Shown: positions 1 to 13,582 of the stretch, in pieces
Position numbering within the stretch: position 1 is the stretch's first letter
Layout: every line of letters starts with the position of its first letter
NCBI GenBank assembly: GCA_964016885.1
Contig: OZ024750.1
Span: 22,692,001 to 22,756,000, forward strand
Source: Eledone cirrhosa
Lineage: Eukaryota
Length of the DNA: 64,000 nt
Reading direction: 5' to 3'
Translations under genes and position numbers: made by a program
The notes under the pieces: model-generated
What the model was told of the DNA's origin: nothing
The model's database searches: none
The model's input: the letters and a program-made list of their open reading frames with translations, nothing else

Positions 1-2540
1 TAATAAATAGGACAAATTGTTTATTAAATGATGAAATATTTTCAGTTTAATAATAATATTAGAAAAGGACAAAGTATTATCAGACACTATCAATATCTAA
101 AGCATTGAGGATTTGGCAGAATGGGCAGAGCAGTAGACAAAATGCTTTGTGTTATGTAGCTGTAACCTTGACTTCAAATTCCACTAACGTCAGATTTGCC
201 AGTTAATTCCTCCATAAGTCAATAAAATGATACACCAGTCGAGTATTGGGGTCCATACTATTTAACAATACAAAAGCAGTAAATAGGCAAGCAGGCTAGT
301 GATAATAAATAGGACAAATTATATATGAAATGATGGAATATGATTGGTTTAACAGCAATATCAAAATAAGACAAAGTATCAGATATTAATTGGTTTGATA
401 TTAATATACATGCATGCATAGTCCCACAACTCCTGATGGAGTCGTAGGGGGACAGTGTTGGCATACAGCATTACTGGGGCATTTTCAAACCTGGCAGAAC
501 CCATCTTTTCTCCAGATCTAAATACAGCAGATCAGCAGATTTCTTCCTGAGAAGGATAGATAGTGAAAGAATGGGAGTTAGAAAGGTGATATAGAGGAAG
601 AATTGACCCCAGTACTAGATGGATACTTTTTTTATCGACCTCAAATGGATGAAAGGCAAAGTTGATCTTGGCGGGATTTGAAATCAGAGAGTAGAGAGTC
701 AAAACAAATACTGCAAAGCATTCTATACTCTGCAAATCCACTGCCTTTGATATTAATACATAAACATGTAAAGAGTTGTGGATTGGTTGAATGGGTGGAG
801 TGGCAAACAAGAGTAGAATATAAACAACCAAGATACTGATAATAAATAGGACACATTGTTCAGTAAATGATGGAATATAATTGCTTTGATAGCAATATTA
901 AAATATGACAGGACATTCACAATATTAATATGTAAATATCTAATATCCTAATGAGCTGTGGAGTGGTGGGGGTGACATACAAAATACTTTTTGATATTTA
1001 GTTTATACATTTGTTCTGGGTTCAAACTCTACCAAGGCCAACTTTACTTTTTAATCATCGGGGAAAGCAATAAAATATAGTACCAGTCAAATACTGGGGT
1101 TTCTGACTATATTCTCTTCTCTGCCTCCTCAACACACAAAAAATTGTGACATTGTGCCAATGTTAAAAATCGATGTCAACAAACAAACTGCCAATACTGC
1201 CTAAGACAGGTTTTCATAGCAGCATCAATAACAGTGTGGTTAAGATGTTCACTTTGCAGCCATGTGCCTCATGGTTCAATCTCCCTACCTGGTAACCTGA
1301 GCAAGTATTTTCTACTCTAGCTTTGATTTGTCTAATGTCTTGTGTGAGGAAAATTTGCTAAACAGAAATTGCGTAGAAGCCCATCAAATAAACATATATA
1401 TTTGTGCGTGTGTGTGTGTGTTTGAAACTCAGCTAAACAATAGAGACCAATAAGTGGTGAGGGATGATATATTGTTAAATACCACAAGGCATCCTGTCGA
1501 ATATTATAACAATTCTACCAGTCCATTGTCCTAAATTATTCATCAATCCCGAAAGTATGATAGGCAAAGTTGAACTCAGTGAACTCAGTGAAATTTGAAC
1601 CCAGAATGCAAAGGAGCCAGAATAAATACTGCAAGGTATTTGATTCAATGCTCTCACTCTTCTGCCTATTCCCAGCCTGGAATGGTGTTAAAAAATTACT
1701 AAAATATGGAGGTAGATTCATGGAGGTGGGTGTAAAAACTTTCAGCATTCTCAAGGGAAGAAAAAGTTAAATTCTCAACAATTTTTCTACACATATTGCA
1801 GGAGATAACATTAATGGTGTTAGGAAGGGTATCTAGCAGTATATACCATGCCAAAAAGGAATGTATGAAGGGGACTTGATCTTCCAACCCCTCCAGGAGA
1901 GCAGTAACTCTAAATAAGAACTGAATCTAACCATGACAACCCATCCAAGCCATGATAGCATGCAAAACAGAGAAATGATTATGGTGGTGGTGGTGGTGGT
2001 GATGGTGACACAAAAAAAATATTACATGTAGCTGGAGTTGAACATTGCTTTTGTCCATCAGTGAAATAAGAGCTGGTATAGTTAGTTATATGTTTATATC
2101 TTTGACAATGATATGAAGACATCAATCAGTCAACCTCACGATCAATTGATAGTTATTTCATCAACCATCAGCAAAATGTATCTACAATAGAGCCTCTACA
2201 TGGCTGCTCAACTTGCAAGAAATACCAGTTTTTCTCTGGGCACAAGTTCTGTCATGCATGCACATTAACATTATACATACAGCAGAGAATATTCACTAAA
2301 TTTCTTTCCACTTTTTTCACATCCACCACATCCTGTCCTTCACCCAAACAGAATTCTTTTGTTGCCAACAAAGGTAAAAATTCCAAGAAAAATGTTCCAC
2401 CCCCTCCTTACTTTGGCTACTGTGCTTTCATAACACTGTCTTTGACTGCTGGTCAGGTTACAACACTTTCTAATGAAATACACTGCCTAAAATTATCAAT
2501 AATTTTTTATAAATAGTCAAAAATTTAGTGAGATTTAATA

Positions 2541-3477
2541 TTAGGTTGTTCTAAAATTAACACAGGTTTTATATTTTTATTCGTTTCAACTTTTTTTTTT
2601 TAAGATTTAAAAACTTATGCAATATGTGTATCATTTTAAAGCTTATCTCTTTCTTTCTTGTAATCTATTTTTAATATAAATTGCCTTTGATACAATTTTC
2701 AGAGGTATGAAGTTAAGATATCAAAACAAAATTTTTGCCAAATTTATTTCTATTAGTTTAAATTTGGCTGTAGTGCAGCAGCAGCCCCCCCCCCCCAACC
2801 CCATCATTATGAAGCCTGCTCATTGCTTCATTTGTGCAACAAAAATGACCCATTTTTTTTATCACATTGTGATGTGAGATGGAAAGTGGATCTTATACAA
2901 TAACTGACTACATTCAGTACACTGGTTGGACTAATATGAAGCTCTTAAACACTTCCCAAAGACAAAGTTGCACCAAAAGAAGGTGATGGTAACGTTTTGG
3001 TGGTCCACTCCTGAGTTAATCTGCTACAGCTTTCTGAATCCTGGCAAAAATATCACAGCAGGGAAGTACTGTCATGAAATCAATAATATGCATTACATTG
3101 GTATAATGCTCTTGCACAACAATGTTTGACCATACACCACACAATCAACACTCCAGAAGTTGAACAAATTAGACAACGAAACTGCCTCATCCAGCACACT
3201 CACGGGATCTTTCACCAACTGACTACTGCTTTTTAAAACATTTCCACAACTTCTTGCAAGGAAAAGTCTTCAATAACCAAAACAGCAGCCAAAATTCCAT
3301 TTGAAGATTTCATCACCTCCAGAACTTCAGAACTCTATGTTACCAGAATAAAACTTATATTTTGTTGGCAAACATATGTAGATTCTAATGTTTTTTATTT
3401 CAAAGTCTGTTCTTGACTAAGATATGTTGTTTTAAAGATAATGTTTCAAAACCTGCATTAATTTCTGAACATTATTA
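2541..3477 (+). mobile_element. Internally deleted, decayed mariner (Hsmar1/cecropia-like) DNA transposon with both ~30 bp TIRs
   Basis: Left TIR TTAGGTTGTTCTAAAATTAACACAGGTTTT (2541-2570, preceded by TA) matches the reverse complement of 3448-3477. Broken translation gives DGKWILYNN, KHFPKTKLHQKKVMVTFWW, YSFLNPGKNITAGKYCHEI, PHPAHSRDLSPTDYCFLKHFHNFLQGKVF, i.e. the mariner catalytic domain and YSPDL-like motif, with stops and frameshifts. Confidence 0.9.
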
Positions 3478-3718
3478 AGCTGTTGTTTGCAATATAACTT
3501 GATAAAATTTTTTATATAAATGGTGTATTATTATAAGGGAATTTATAAATTTAAATATGAACTCTTTAAAACAAATGTTTTTTCCATCACAGAACCAGGG
3601 GCAATTCCACACAAGTTGATAACAAAAGGATTAAGTAACAGAAGCTATCACCTATTTCAAACTGAACCTTCAGATCAGCTAAATAATAAAAGAATTATAA
3701 GAAATACTTCTAACCTAC

Positions 3719-3826
3719 CTGTTGTGTTTGGTGAATCCACTGAAAGACTGTTAGAATCTGCCACATTCTTCAATGGTTAATGGAAGCATTATGATATAGT
3801 TGAAACATTTAGAGTGCATATTGAAC
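3719..3826 (-). other. Candidate exon (mostly 5' UTR, possibly starting MWQILTVFQWIHQTQQ) of a gene continuing left of the window
   Basis: Unique sequence with acceptor tcctttcag and strong donor CAG|GTAGGT on the minus strand. All three frames contain stops, but ATG at 3766 is open to the donor. Confidence 0.3.
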
Positions 3827-3873
3827 CTGAAAGGATTTAAGCAAAGCAGTTGACTTTAGAAGCATTGGGAAAA

Positions 3874-4024
3874 TTTGAAATTTGTGCATCGCAATGCAAA
3901 TGACTACAATAATAGACAATCACTATAAATAATAGTTGAGAAAATCGGGTAAAGTACTCCTGGAGATGGAAAACAGTGGACAAAAGAACTATAGTCATTT
4001 GCATTGGGACACATACATTTCAAA
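3874..4024. mobile_element. Small MITE/fold-back element with ~35 bp imperfect TIRs
   Basis: tttgaaatttgtgcatcgcaatgcaaatgacta at the left end vs reverse complement of tagtcatttgcattgggacacatacatttcaaa at the right end. Confidence 0.55.
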
Positions 4025-4103
4025 TAATAATGTTTCTAAAACCCTTCCATCATAATTTTATGTGAGAACCTTTGTTAAGTTATGTTTCAAACACAAGATT
4101 AAT

Positions 4104-4293
4104 AATTGTTTCTACTTTTGGCACAAGGCCAGAAATTATCTCAGTAAATTACTGGTGCTTTATTTTATCGACCTCGTAAGGATGAAAGGCAAAGTCAACC
4201 TCAGCAGAATTTGAACTCAGAACGTAAAGGGCCATAACCCTATACTGCAAAGCATGGCGTTTGACACTCTACCGACACTGCCAATCCACCGCC
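4104..4293 (-). mobile_element. Young tRNA-derived SINE (family A) with 15 bp target-site duplication
   Basis: Head GGCGGTGGATTGGCAG with B-box GAGTTCAAAT and core GCCTTTCATCCTTACGAGGTCGATAAAATAAAG. TSD cacaagattaataat at 4092-4106 and 4293-4307. Near-identical copies at ~8281, 13119, 28856, 53358, 59335, 60059, 63751 and many decayed copies. Confidence 0.85.
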
Positions 4294-4848
4294 ACAAGAT
4301 TAATAATGGGAAGTTAATTATATTACTAAATATCTCCAAATTCTTGACTATCTTCAAAATTATTTGAAAATCACAGGCAGTGTGTTACATAAGAAATATG
4401 GCAATGAAAAGTTTAAGTAAACCTTTGATCAACTAATAACTGTCTTCATAAGTTTCTAAAGCAAACAGCTTAATATTTTATTCCTTTAAATTATAGTTAG
4501 TTGATATTTAACATAACAAAAGAAGAGATTACACTGGCGTTCCCGAGAAACTAATCTAACATGTAACAAGTGTTGTTGAATGTAATTATCATGAACATCA
4601 TCACACTCTTCACTGATGTGTCATCACATAATACTAGCATCATCATCATCATCATCACCACTTCTACTACTAATATTGTTACTATTATTACTATTATCAA
4701 GCAATAAGCAACTGCATCCTTCCCAACTATGTAACTATGTAAGCCAATCCCACCTTTAGCTTAATGGTGTAGCGCGAAGGCAATTATACAACAAAAATGT
4801 CAGGAATATATGCAACAGTAGAAACTGCAAGCATGTATGCATACATAC

Positions 4849-4889
<41 letters not shown>

Positions 4890-5061
4890 CTGTGTGTGTG
4901 TGTGTGTGTGTGTGTGTACACACATACATACATATTACAATAATGGGGCAAAGATTAACAAGATAAAGGGAGTAGAGGTTGGGATGGGCTACACTGTGCT
5001 GGGAGGACCTTTCGGAAATGGTGGATATCAAATGTTGTCTGCAATTTAAGATGATTTTTAA

Positions 5062-5298
5062 CCCTTTCATTGTTATCATATTTCTAATGAAAGACACAGC
5101 TTATGATTTTCAAATCATTTTGATGGGGTTTGGTAATATAACTTTCTCATTATTAAGCTGCTGTTAGGAACATAATTTAACAAAGGTTCTGACATAAAAT
5201 TATGATGGAAAGTTTTTAGATAAATATAAATACTTCAAAATAAACAATTTTGTATCATAGAACCAGGAGTGTTTTCAGGCAGTGTGGTGTGGAAAGGG
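5062..5298. mobile_element. piggyBac-like MITE family 1 (TTAA-CCCTTT...AAAGGG-TTAA), representative copy
   Basis: TTAA flanks with CCCTTT/AAAGGG termini. Related copies at ~9600-10080, 10380-10860, 29610, 30970, 35500-35835, 38495-39260, 39437-39697, 43840-44062. Confidence 0.7.
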
Positions 5299-8200
5299 TT
5301 AAAACATTTTGTTCAATGTAACAGAAATTAGAAACAGATTGTTTGAAGTTAATAAATAATAACCCATGCTAGCGTGGAAGATGGACGTTAAACGATGACG
5401 ATGAAAACAAAGGTGACCATAAATGAAGACAAATGAAGCTCACAGTACATTAATATTTTCACCTGAGAAACTTTCAGAAGTATATGTAAGACTATGTAAG
5501 ATGGCAGAAAATTGACTGAGTTGTTAGAACTTCAGAATTTGTTCCAGTTCTCTGCTTTCTGAGATCAAATCCTACCAAAGTCAACCTTAACCTTTTGGAG
5601 TGGATGAATGAAAAGTACCAGTTTAAGGGCAATGGATTGATGGAATTGTTAAAATGTCAGAGGGGTGCAGTTTGTGGTATCTGATTGGGCTCTGTGTGTA
5701 CTGAGTTCAAATCCCACTTACTCCTGCCAACAGATAATATTAACAATACAAAGATCAATAAAAAATATAATTTCCTTAATCAGATCTGATGATCAACTTC
5801 TTTCCTTTTATGTAAGACTACATATATTTCAGAGAGTGGACATGGTCAAGATTATGATAATAAATAGTTATAGACAGCTGTCTAACAGCTTCGTTCACAC
5901 GTGTATGGTGTATCATGACTCGTCACTGTTCACTTTCCTGACTTTTGTACATTATTCTATGTACTATACATGCACTTTTGATGAGTTGTAGTGCACCTGA
6001 GCACTGTACACAATTTTCATTATTTTTTTTTTTTAATGAAGGAATTATTTTTAACACTGCTTACTCAGGAAGACCACATTTATCATCATCATCATCATTT
6101 TACATTCACTTTCCATGCTGGCATGGGTTGGACAGGTTGACACAGTTCAAGTAAAGAAGAGTTAGAGTACCTCATCTTGGTCATTACATTTGTTATTTGG
6201 TGTGATTTCTACAGCTGAATTCCTTTCCTAATGCCAACCACTTTACAGGGTGTTCTGGGAGCAATATTTGTGGCACATGTGCTATTACTTTACATAGTGG
6301 ACTGGAAGCATTTTATTATGGCACCAACACTAACACTTTACAATGCATACTAGATGCATTTTATTGTGGCCACCTGCACAGTTAGACTGAACTGTCCTCT
6401 CACATTCTATATAGTCCCCATTCAATCACTAAAGACTGTAGCTTCAGGTCACTCACCATATTTACTTTTAGTGTTGTAGTACTTGTACTCATGGACAGGT
6501 CTTTTGTATTATGGCATATTGCCAGTCAGCTCAGTCTTGTGTCATCTCTTTTGTGAGATTTAGTTTCTTATATAAGAAAATATCCATCAACACTCAAAAC
6601 AAAACAATAAAGATAACTTGATATTACAAATAAAAACTTCTACAAAATTTACATATGTACTAACATCAATATTATTTCAATTTTGGTAAATTTTTATCAC
6701 ATAGTCAGGGGAAGAAAGGCAGTACCCAAGATTCTTTAGAAGGCTTCCAAAACTGGTGAAATGAACAAAGAAAGGTGTCCTCCTACTGGTGACCTGGCCC
6801 AAATGCTTGCAATAGACTGAAGCTTGCTAAATGCACCAAAGGGCAAGATGATGCTGTTAAACTGGTTAATGGATTACATCTACTCCCAAGTAGGCTACAA
6901 TGGGATTTGAATTCAGAACAAATGCCTTAAGGCATTTTGTCCAATGTTCTAACAATTCCATTAATCTAATATACTGAACTGGTACTTTATTTTATTGAAC
7001 CTGAAAAACGGAAAGTCAAGGTCGATTCAGCAGCATTTAAACTAAGATCACAGAGAGCTAGAACAAATACACTTTAATAACTCTGCCAGTTTACCACCTA
7101 TTGAAATACATTGTGTGTGTGCATTTCAATTAATTTTGAAAATAATTAAGAATTTGGAATTTTAGTAAAATCACTTTTTCCTTATTTAGCCAGTGTTTAA
7201 TTCTTAACATCCTGTACCACATGAAACCATGTAAGCAGGACATCCTTGAAAATTATAAAACAGCACTATAACTAAATCACATTAAAAATTAAGTCTTTCC
7301 TTTCAGACTCCAAAATTTTTACAGCAATCTATCCTGTGTAAAATACTATAAACATTTGAATTATCAAACCCATTTTCAGATATTTTTTGTTAAAGCATTA
7401 CAGGAGTTTAAAAGATAAGAACATAACTGTCATTACTCATTACGATTTTTCTATTGAAAGATATTGCCTATAATTTTCAAGTAATTTAGAAAATATAGAG
7501 AATTTGGAAGGATTTAGTGGTGTAACTAACTTTCTCATTATTAAGCTGGTGTTTGGAAAATAACTTAAAGATTCTTACATTAAATTATGGTGGGATCTTT
7601 TAAACAGTTTTGTATCATAGAACCGTGAACAGTTTCAGGGAGTTTGCTATCAGAATTTAAAGAATCAGTTAAAAGAAAATACAGGAGGATCAGTTAAGTA
7701 TGATTTTACTCAATATATTTCCCTCTCAGATTCACATTTATTACAGCGGTCCTACCTCCCTTGTAAAGGTAACACCTCTACCCTTTCACAATACTTTTAA
7801 GCCAGAAACTTTTCGCAGCCCCAGCTATCTTTCCTCAGAACCTAAGTAATAATTGTTCGTAGAAACCATCGCATTTTCGCGAAATTTAAATATCTTCTGC
7901 GATTTTTTAATGGCTTTTTTCGTAGCAACATATATTTTTTTAATGCTAAATTATTAATAATATACCATATTTGCCAGCCTACTGGACGTCCCTTCACATA
8001 AGATGCTCCCTCTTTTTTATTATATTTTACATTATATTTTGACGTTTATAGGTATTTTTATGGACCACGTCCAATATTCATGGTTTTTCACTCTTCACGG
8101 GTGCTCAAGGAATGTAACCCCTGAGAATAACAAGGGACAACTGTATATCCATATGTGCATGTGTGTGTATTTGTATGTTTGAGTTTACATTCCATACATT

Positions 8201-8479
8201 AGTAGTTTAACAAAAAATATATCAATATAATAAATACCATATTTGAAAAAAAAATAAGTAAAAAGATAAGTGTGATATATAATTGTTTCTACTTTTGGCA
8301 CAAGACCAGCAATTATCCCAGTGCATTACTGGTACTTTATTTTATCGACCCCCGTAAGGATGAAAGGTAGAGTTAACCTCGATGGGATTTGAACTCAGAC
8401 CATAAAGGGCCGTAACTCTATGCTGCAAAGCATGGCGTCCGACCCTCTACCGATACTGCCAAAATAATATCGTGTTTAC

Positions 8480-8687
8480 ATACACACATATATACAATCA
8501 TGTTTGCACCCATATACACACATGCATACAATTACATGTACACAAATAAACAATCATACTTGCATACACATATACACACATGCATACATATGTGTGCACA
8601 CACATATACATGCAATCACTTTTATACACACACACACATACATGCAATCACATGTATACATACACATGCACACATATACATGCAATC

Positions 8688-8722
<35 letters not shown>

Positions 8723-8850
8723 ATCAGCTGTCCACAAACATACAATCAAATGCACACACACACACACACCTACACATATGTATATACAGTCACATGAAAA
8801 CACATGCATACAATCACACTACCCAACTACACACACACACACACACTAAC
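8480..8850. repeat. Compound (CA)n/(TA)n microsatellite
   Basis: Degenerate CACATA/TACA repeats; source of spurious His/Thr-rich ORFs. Confidence 0.9.
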
Positions 8851-8899
8851 CTGTAGTTGAAGTTACCCCCAGCAGTTGTCTTCACTTCACATTCAATCA

Positions 8900-9282
8900 G
8901 ACATGGCTGTGTGGTTAAGGAGTTTGCTTCACAACCATGTGGTTCTGGGTTCGATCACACTGCATGTCACCTTGGGTAAGTGTCAGCTACCATAGCCTCA
9001 GGTTGACAAATGCCTTGTGAGTGGAATTTAGTAGATAGAAACTGCAGAAGCTCGTCAGATAATGATTATATATGTACATTCATCCGTGTCAGCATTTATG
9101 TTTGTTTGTGTTTATATCCCATAACTTAGTAGTTCGACAAAAAGAGATTGATAAAATAAGCACCAGATTGGAAAAAATGAGTATTGGGGTTGATACAATT
9201 GACTAAAATCCTGTTAAAGAAGTGCCCCAGCATGGCCACAGTCAAATGACTGCAACCAGAGGAAAAATAAAGAAATAAAAGA
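8900..9282 (+). mobile_element. tRNA-derived SINE (family C) with internal microsatellite
   Basis: GTGGTTAAG A-box-like and GGTTCGATC B-box-like head, then tagcctcaggttgacaaatgccttgtgagtggaattt and a ccccagcatggcc tail. Related copies at ~1235, 17405-18145, 24810. Confidence 0.65.
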
Positions 9283-9715
9283 ATCATGCCACAGAACTAA
9301 AGAAGTAAAATGGCCAACCAAGACAGTAAACAGCTCCGTTTATAAAGTAATAGAAACTCTCTTATTCCAGCAGAGTTAGACTAGACTACTACTGCTGGTG
9401 GTGGTGGTGGTGGTGGTGGTGGTGGTGGTGGTGGTACTACTGCTGCTAGTAGTGGTGCTGCTGCTGCTATGACAACAGTGAGTTCTGATGCACAATAACT
9501 ACCTTTGACGTCAGAAATGTGCAACGAGGTACAATCTCACCATCTCCAACCAGCAACTATCTTAGTTCATCTCTTTGCAACTTGGACGGACATTTCTTTA
9601 ACCCCTTTCTTATCATATTTCTAATGAAAGACACTGTTTAAAATTTTCAAACAATTTTGGAAATAATTAAGAATCTGGGAAGATTTAGTAATATAACTAA
9701 CTTTCTCATCATTAA

Positions 9716-9935
9716 CCCTTTAGCATTTAAACCGGCTGTATCCAGCCAGAATTCTCTCACCTTTTTCTGTTTAAACTGGCTGAAACTGGCTACTCATACT
9801 GATGTTAAGGTATCGTTCTCAAAATAAATAACATCAAAATCTCAGATTAGATATTATGTGAGATAATTATGTGAAGTAAAGCCTTTACCATGAAAATATA
9901 ATAGTAAATATAAGAGTAATGTAAATGCTAAAGGG
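9716..9935. mobile_element. piggyBac-like MITE family 2 nested in a family 1 MITE
   Basis: TIRs CCCTTTAGCATTTA / TAAATGCTAAAGGG with TTAA on both sides. Other copies at ~11045-11258 and 46650-46820. Confidence 0.8.
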
Positions 9936-12900
9936 TTAAGCTTGTGTTTGAAACATAACAAATGTTCTTATATAAAATCATGACGGATGGTTTTTAGAAA
10001 TAAATGTAAGCACTTTAAAATAAAAAGTTTTGAATCCTAGAACCAGGGGCAGTTTCAGGCAGTTTGGTATGAGGTGGGTTAATGCAATATAAAGGTTTCT
10101 GCTGTTTTATTAAAAGTCCACCAAGACACTACTTTTAGTTTTGAAAATAAGCAAGAGTTATAATAGGTTTAGCCCTTTCATTACCAACCTAGACAAAACT
10201 GGCTCTTACCCAATGAATCAAAACAAAACCTTCCATGATAATTTAATGTAAGAATCTTTGTTAACACATTTTACATTAAACTGACTGTAACCACCCCTTG
10301 TTCTATGGTACAAAGGTGTTTTTTTGTGTGTTTATATTTTGTCTAAAAACCTTTCATCAAAATTTTATGAAAGAACCTTTGTTAACCCTTTTGATACTAA
10401 CCTGGCTCTGGTTCTATGACCCCCCCCCCCCCCAACACACACACACACATTTGAAAAGGTTCCTATTTAAATTAAAATCTTCCAACATAACTTTAGATAA
10501 GAACTGTTATGTTAAGTTACAGAATAATGAAATAATTAATAATTTTAGTAAATCCTTCAAAATTGTAAAAAAATATGTATATATCATCCTCGTCAAGCTA
10601 GATTTCCAAGGGCGGTGCCCCAGCATGGCCTCAGTCGGATGACTGGAACAGGTAAAAGAATAAAAGATATATATATTACAACTCAGACCTTCATAGGCTT
10701 AGCTGGCCTATGACAAGGTTGTATCGCATAGGAGATTTCTTTGGCGTTTTAATAAGAATACTATCTTAGTATAATGAAATAATTAGTAATTTTAGTAAAT
10801 CCATCAAAATTCTGTAATTGAAATAGAATATATTTCATTAAAATATGGCCATGAAAGGATTACTGATATAATAAATTTTAACATTATTAAGCTGTGAGCA
10901 TAATTTATTTAATAAAAGTTCTGACATAAAATTATCAGGCAATACTGTTACATTAATACAAACACAGTTTAACCTTGAGTGGTTTCAGGCAGTTTGGTAT
11001 CAAAAGGGCTAAATTGATATGCTTGATGGGAAGAAGCTGATCATTAACACTTTAGCAGTTAAACCAGCCGTATCCAGTCAGAATTCTCTCACCTCTTTCT
11101 GTTCAAACCGGCCGTAACTGGCCACTTATACTGATGTTAAGGTATTGTTCTCAAAATAAATGACATCAAAATCTCATAGATTCGATATTATGTGAGATAA
11201 AGCCTTTACCACGAAAATACTATAGTTTATATAGAGTAATGTAAGTGCTAAAGGATTAATGAAGATTTAAGTAAGCTTGCTGAAGCAGAACCTAACTATA
11301 CAACATCAAAGACATTATCGCTGTCATCAGATAAATCAATGACAAATATTAACATCAGCATCACATTAGCAATCTCACAGTTTCAAATTCAGCTCTCATC
11401 ATCAAAACAACAAAAATAACAACAATAACAAGCATTATTATTATTTTAATTTAACTTGTGTTGGTGCCACAATAAAATGCACTATAAAGTGGTAAATACC
11501 ACAAGGGATCCTATCCAATGCTTTAATGATGCTGTCAGTCCCCTACCATAGATTAGTACTTTGTCGACACCAAAAGGATGAATGGCAAAGTTGATCTTTG
11601 AAGGGGATGAACTCAGAATGTAAGAGAGCCAGAAGTACCACAAGGCAGTTCAACCAACACTAAGAGCTCTGCCAATTTGACACCTATAATGTTAACTTAC
11701 ATGAAATACAAATCACAAGTGAGCTGTCACAGCAGCTGAATATTAACTCTTGATACCAAACCACATGATCACCCATGGTTCTATGATATAGAACTGTTTA
11801 TTTTAAAGTCTTTACATTTATCTAAAAACCTGCCATGATTAGATCCCACCAAGGTTAACTTTGCTTTTCATCCTTACGGGGTCGATAAATTAAAGTACCA
11901 GTAATGCACTGAGTAATTGCTGGCCTTGTGCCAAAAGTAGAAACAATTATTTTATGTAGGAATCTTTGCTTAGTTATGTTACAAATACCAGTATAATAAT
12001 GGTTTCTGATTTAGATACAAGGTCAACAAATTTAGAGGAAGGGAAGTTGATTAAATCGACCTCAATGCATTAATGGTACTTTATTTTATCGACTCCATAA
12101 GGATGAAAGGTAAAGTTAACCTCGGTAGGATTTGAACTCAGAATATAAGGGATGTAACTATGCCACAAAGCATATTTTCCAACACTCTACCAATACTGCA
12201 CATCCAAGAAGACCAACAAATTTGAGGGAAGGGTAAATTAAGGGTGAACAGCAAAGTTTACCACTTCAGGATTTGAACTCTGAATGTAAAGAGCCCGGAG
12301 CAAATACTGCTGAACATTTGCTTGATATTCAAACAACTCTGCCAAGCACCAACTTAATAATGAAAACATTAGTTATATTGCTAAATCCCTCCAAATTCTT
12401 GATTATTTTCAAAATTATTTATAAATCATAGGCAATGAATATAACAAAAATTTAAAAGAAATATTTTAATTATTTGATAATCATAGGTAGTGAATATAAT
12501 AGAAAGGGTTAAAATATTTATATTTATCCAAAAACCTTTCATCATAATTTTATGTAGGAATCTTTAAGTTATGTAACAAACTAAATGAGAATTTTATTTT
12601 TCTAAACCCTTCTAAATTCTTAGTTATTTTCAAAATTATTCAAAAATCATAGGCATTGAATTTCATTAGAAATCATCATCATCATCATGATAACAAAAGG
12701 GTTAAAGGGTTCACACTGTGTGTACAAGGGAGATAAATTGGTGGTAAGGAGGTGTTATGTGAATGGACAATGTATGCTGAATAAAACATAAAAGTGTCAT
12801 GAGCTGTTTGTGGTGAGTACAGCATATGATGGAAGTCATGGGAGGAAGTGATGATGTCAGATCTCAAGAATGTCTCACAGATGTTTTAAACAACAACACA

Positions 12901-12990
12901 GAATGTCATATAGTCTGACATGGCAGAACCATGTAACTCATGCCATCTTTGAAAAACAAAAGCTGTTGTTCTGTGTATGTTTTTGTATGT

Positions 12991-13033
<43 letters not shown>

Positions 13034-13034
13034 A

Positions 13035-13114
13035 AATATATTAATAAATGGAAACTATATTTATAAAACCATAATTATGGTTTTATAAATATAGTTTCCA
13101 TTTATTAATATATT
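13035..13114. repeat. Perfect 80 bp palindrome adjacent to a (TA)n tract
   Basis: aatatattaataaatggaaactatatttataaaaccataa|ttatggttttataaatatagtttccatttattaatatatt. Confidence 0.95.
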
Positions 13115-13427
13115 GATAGGGCGGTGGATTGGCAGTATCGGTAGAGGGTCGGACGCCATGCTTTCCAGCATAGTTACGTCCCTTTACGATCTGAGTTCAA
13201 ATCCCGCCGAGGTTGACTTTGCCTTTCATCCTTACGGGGTCGATAAAATAAAGTACCAGTAATGCACTGGGTAATTGCTGGCCTTGTGCCTAAAGTAGAA
13301 ACAATTAATATATTGAATATTTACTCCAGTAATCTGTTGAGTGCTTTATATCAGTTATAAAACTTTTAAGCTTGTTGAATCCCAACAAATTAAATATAAC
13401 TTTTGCATATATATATATATATATTTG

Positions 13428-13507
<80 letters not shown>

Positions 13508-13582
13508 GTCATAAGCTAATGCTGGTGCCATGATAAAATGCTCTCAGTATGTGCTGTAAAGTGTTTGGCATTAGGATGTCCC

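Noticed and set aside
8500-8856. Overlapping His/Thr/Tyr/Ile-rich ORFs (also 24245-24573, 36156-36416)
   Set aside because: Translations of (CA)n/(TA)n microsatellites that are open in several frames.
13119-13215. tRNA-like A/B boxes
   Set aside because: SINE head with no complete cloverleaf; not called a tRNA gene.
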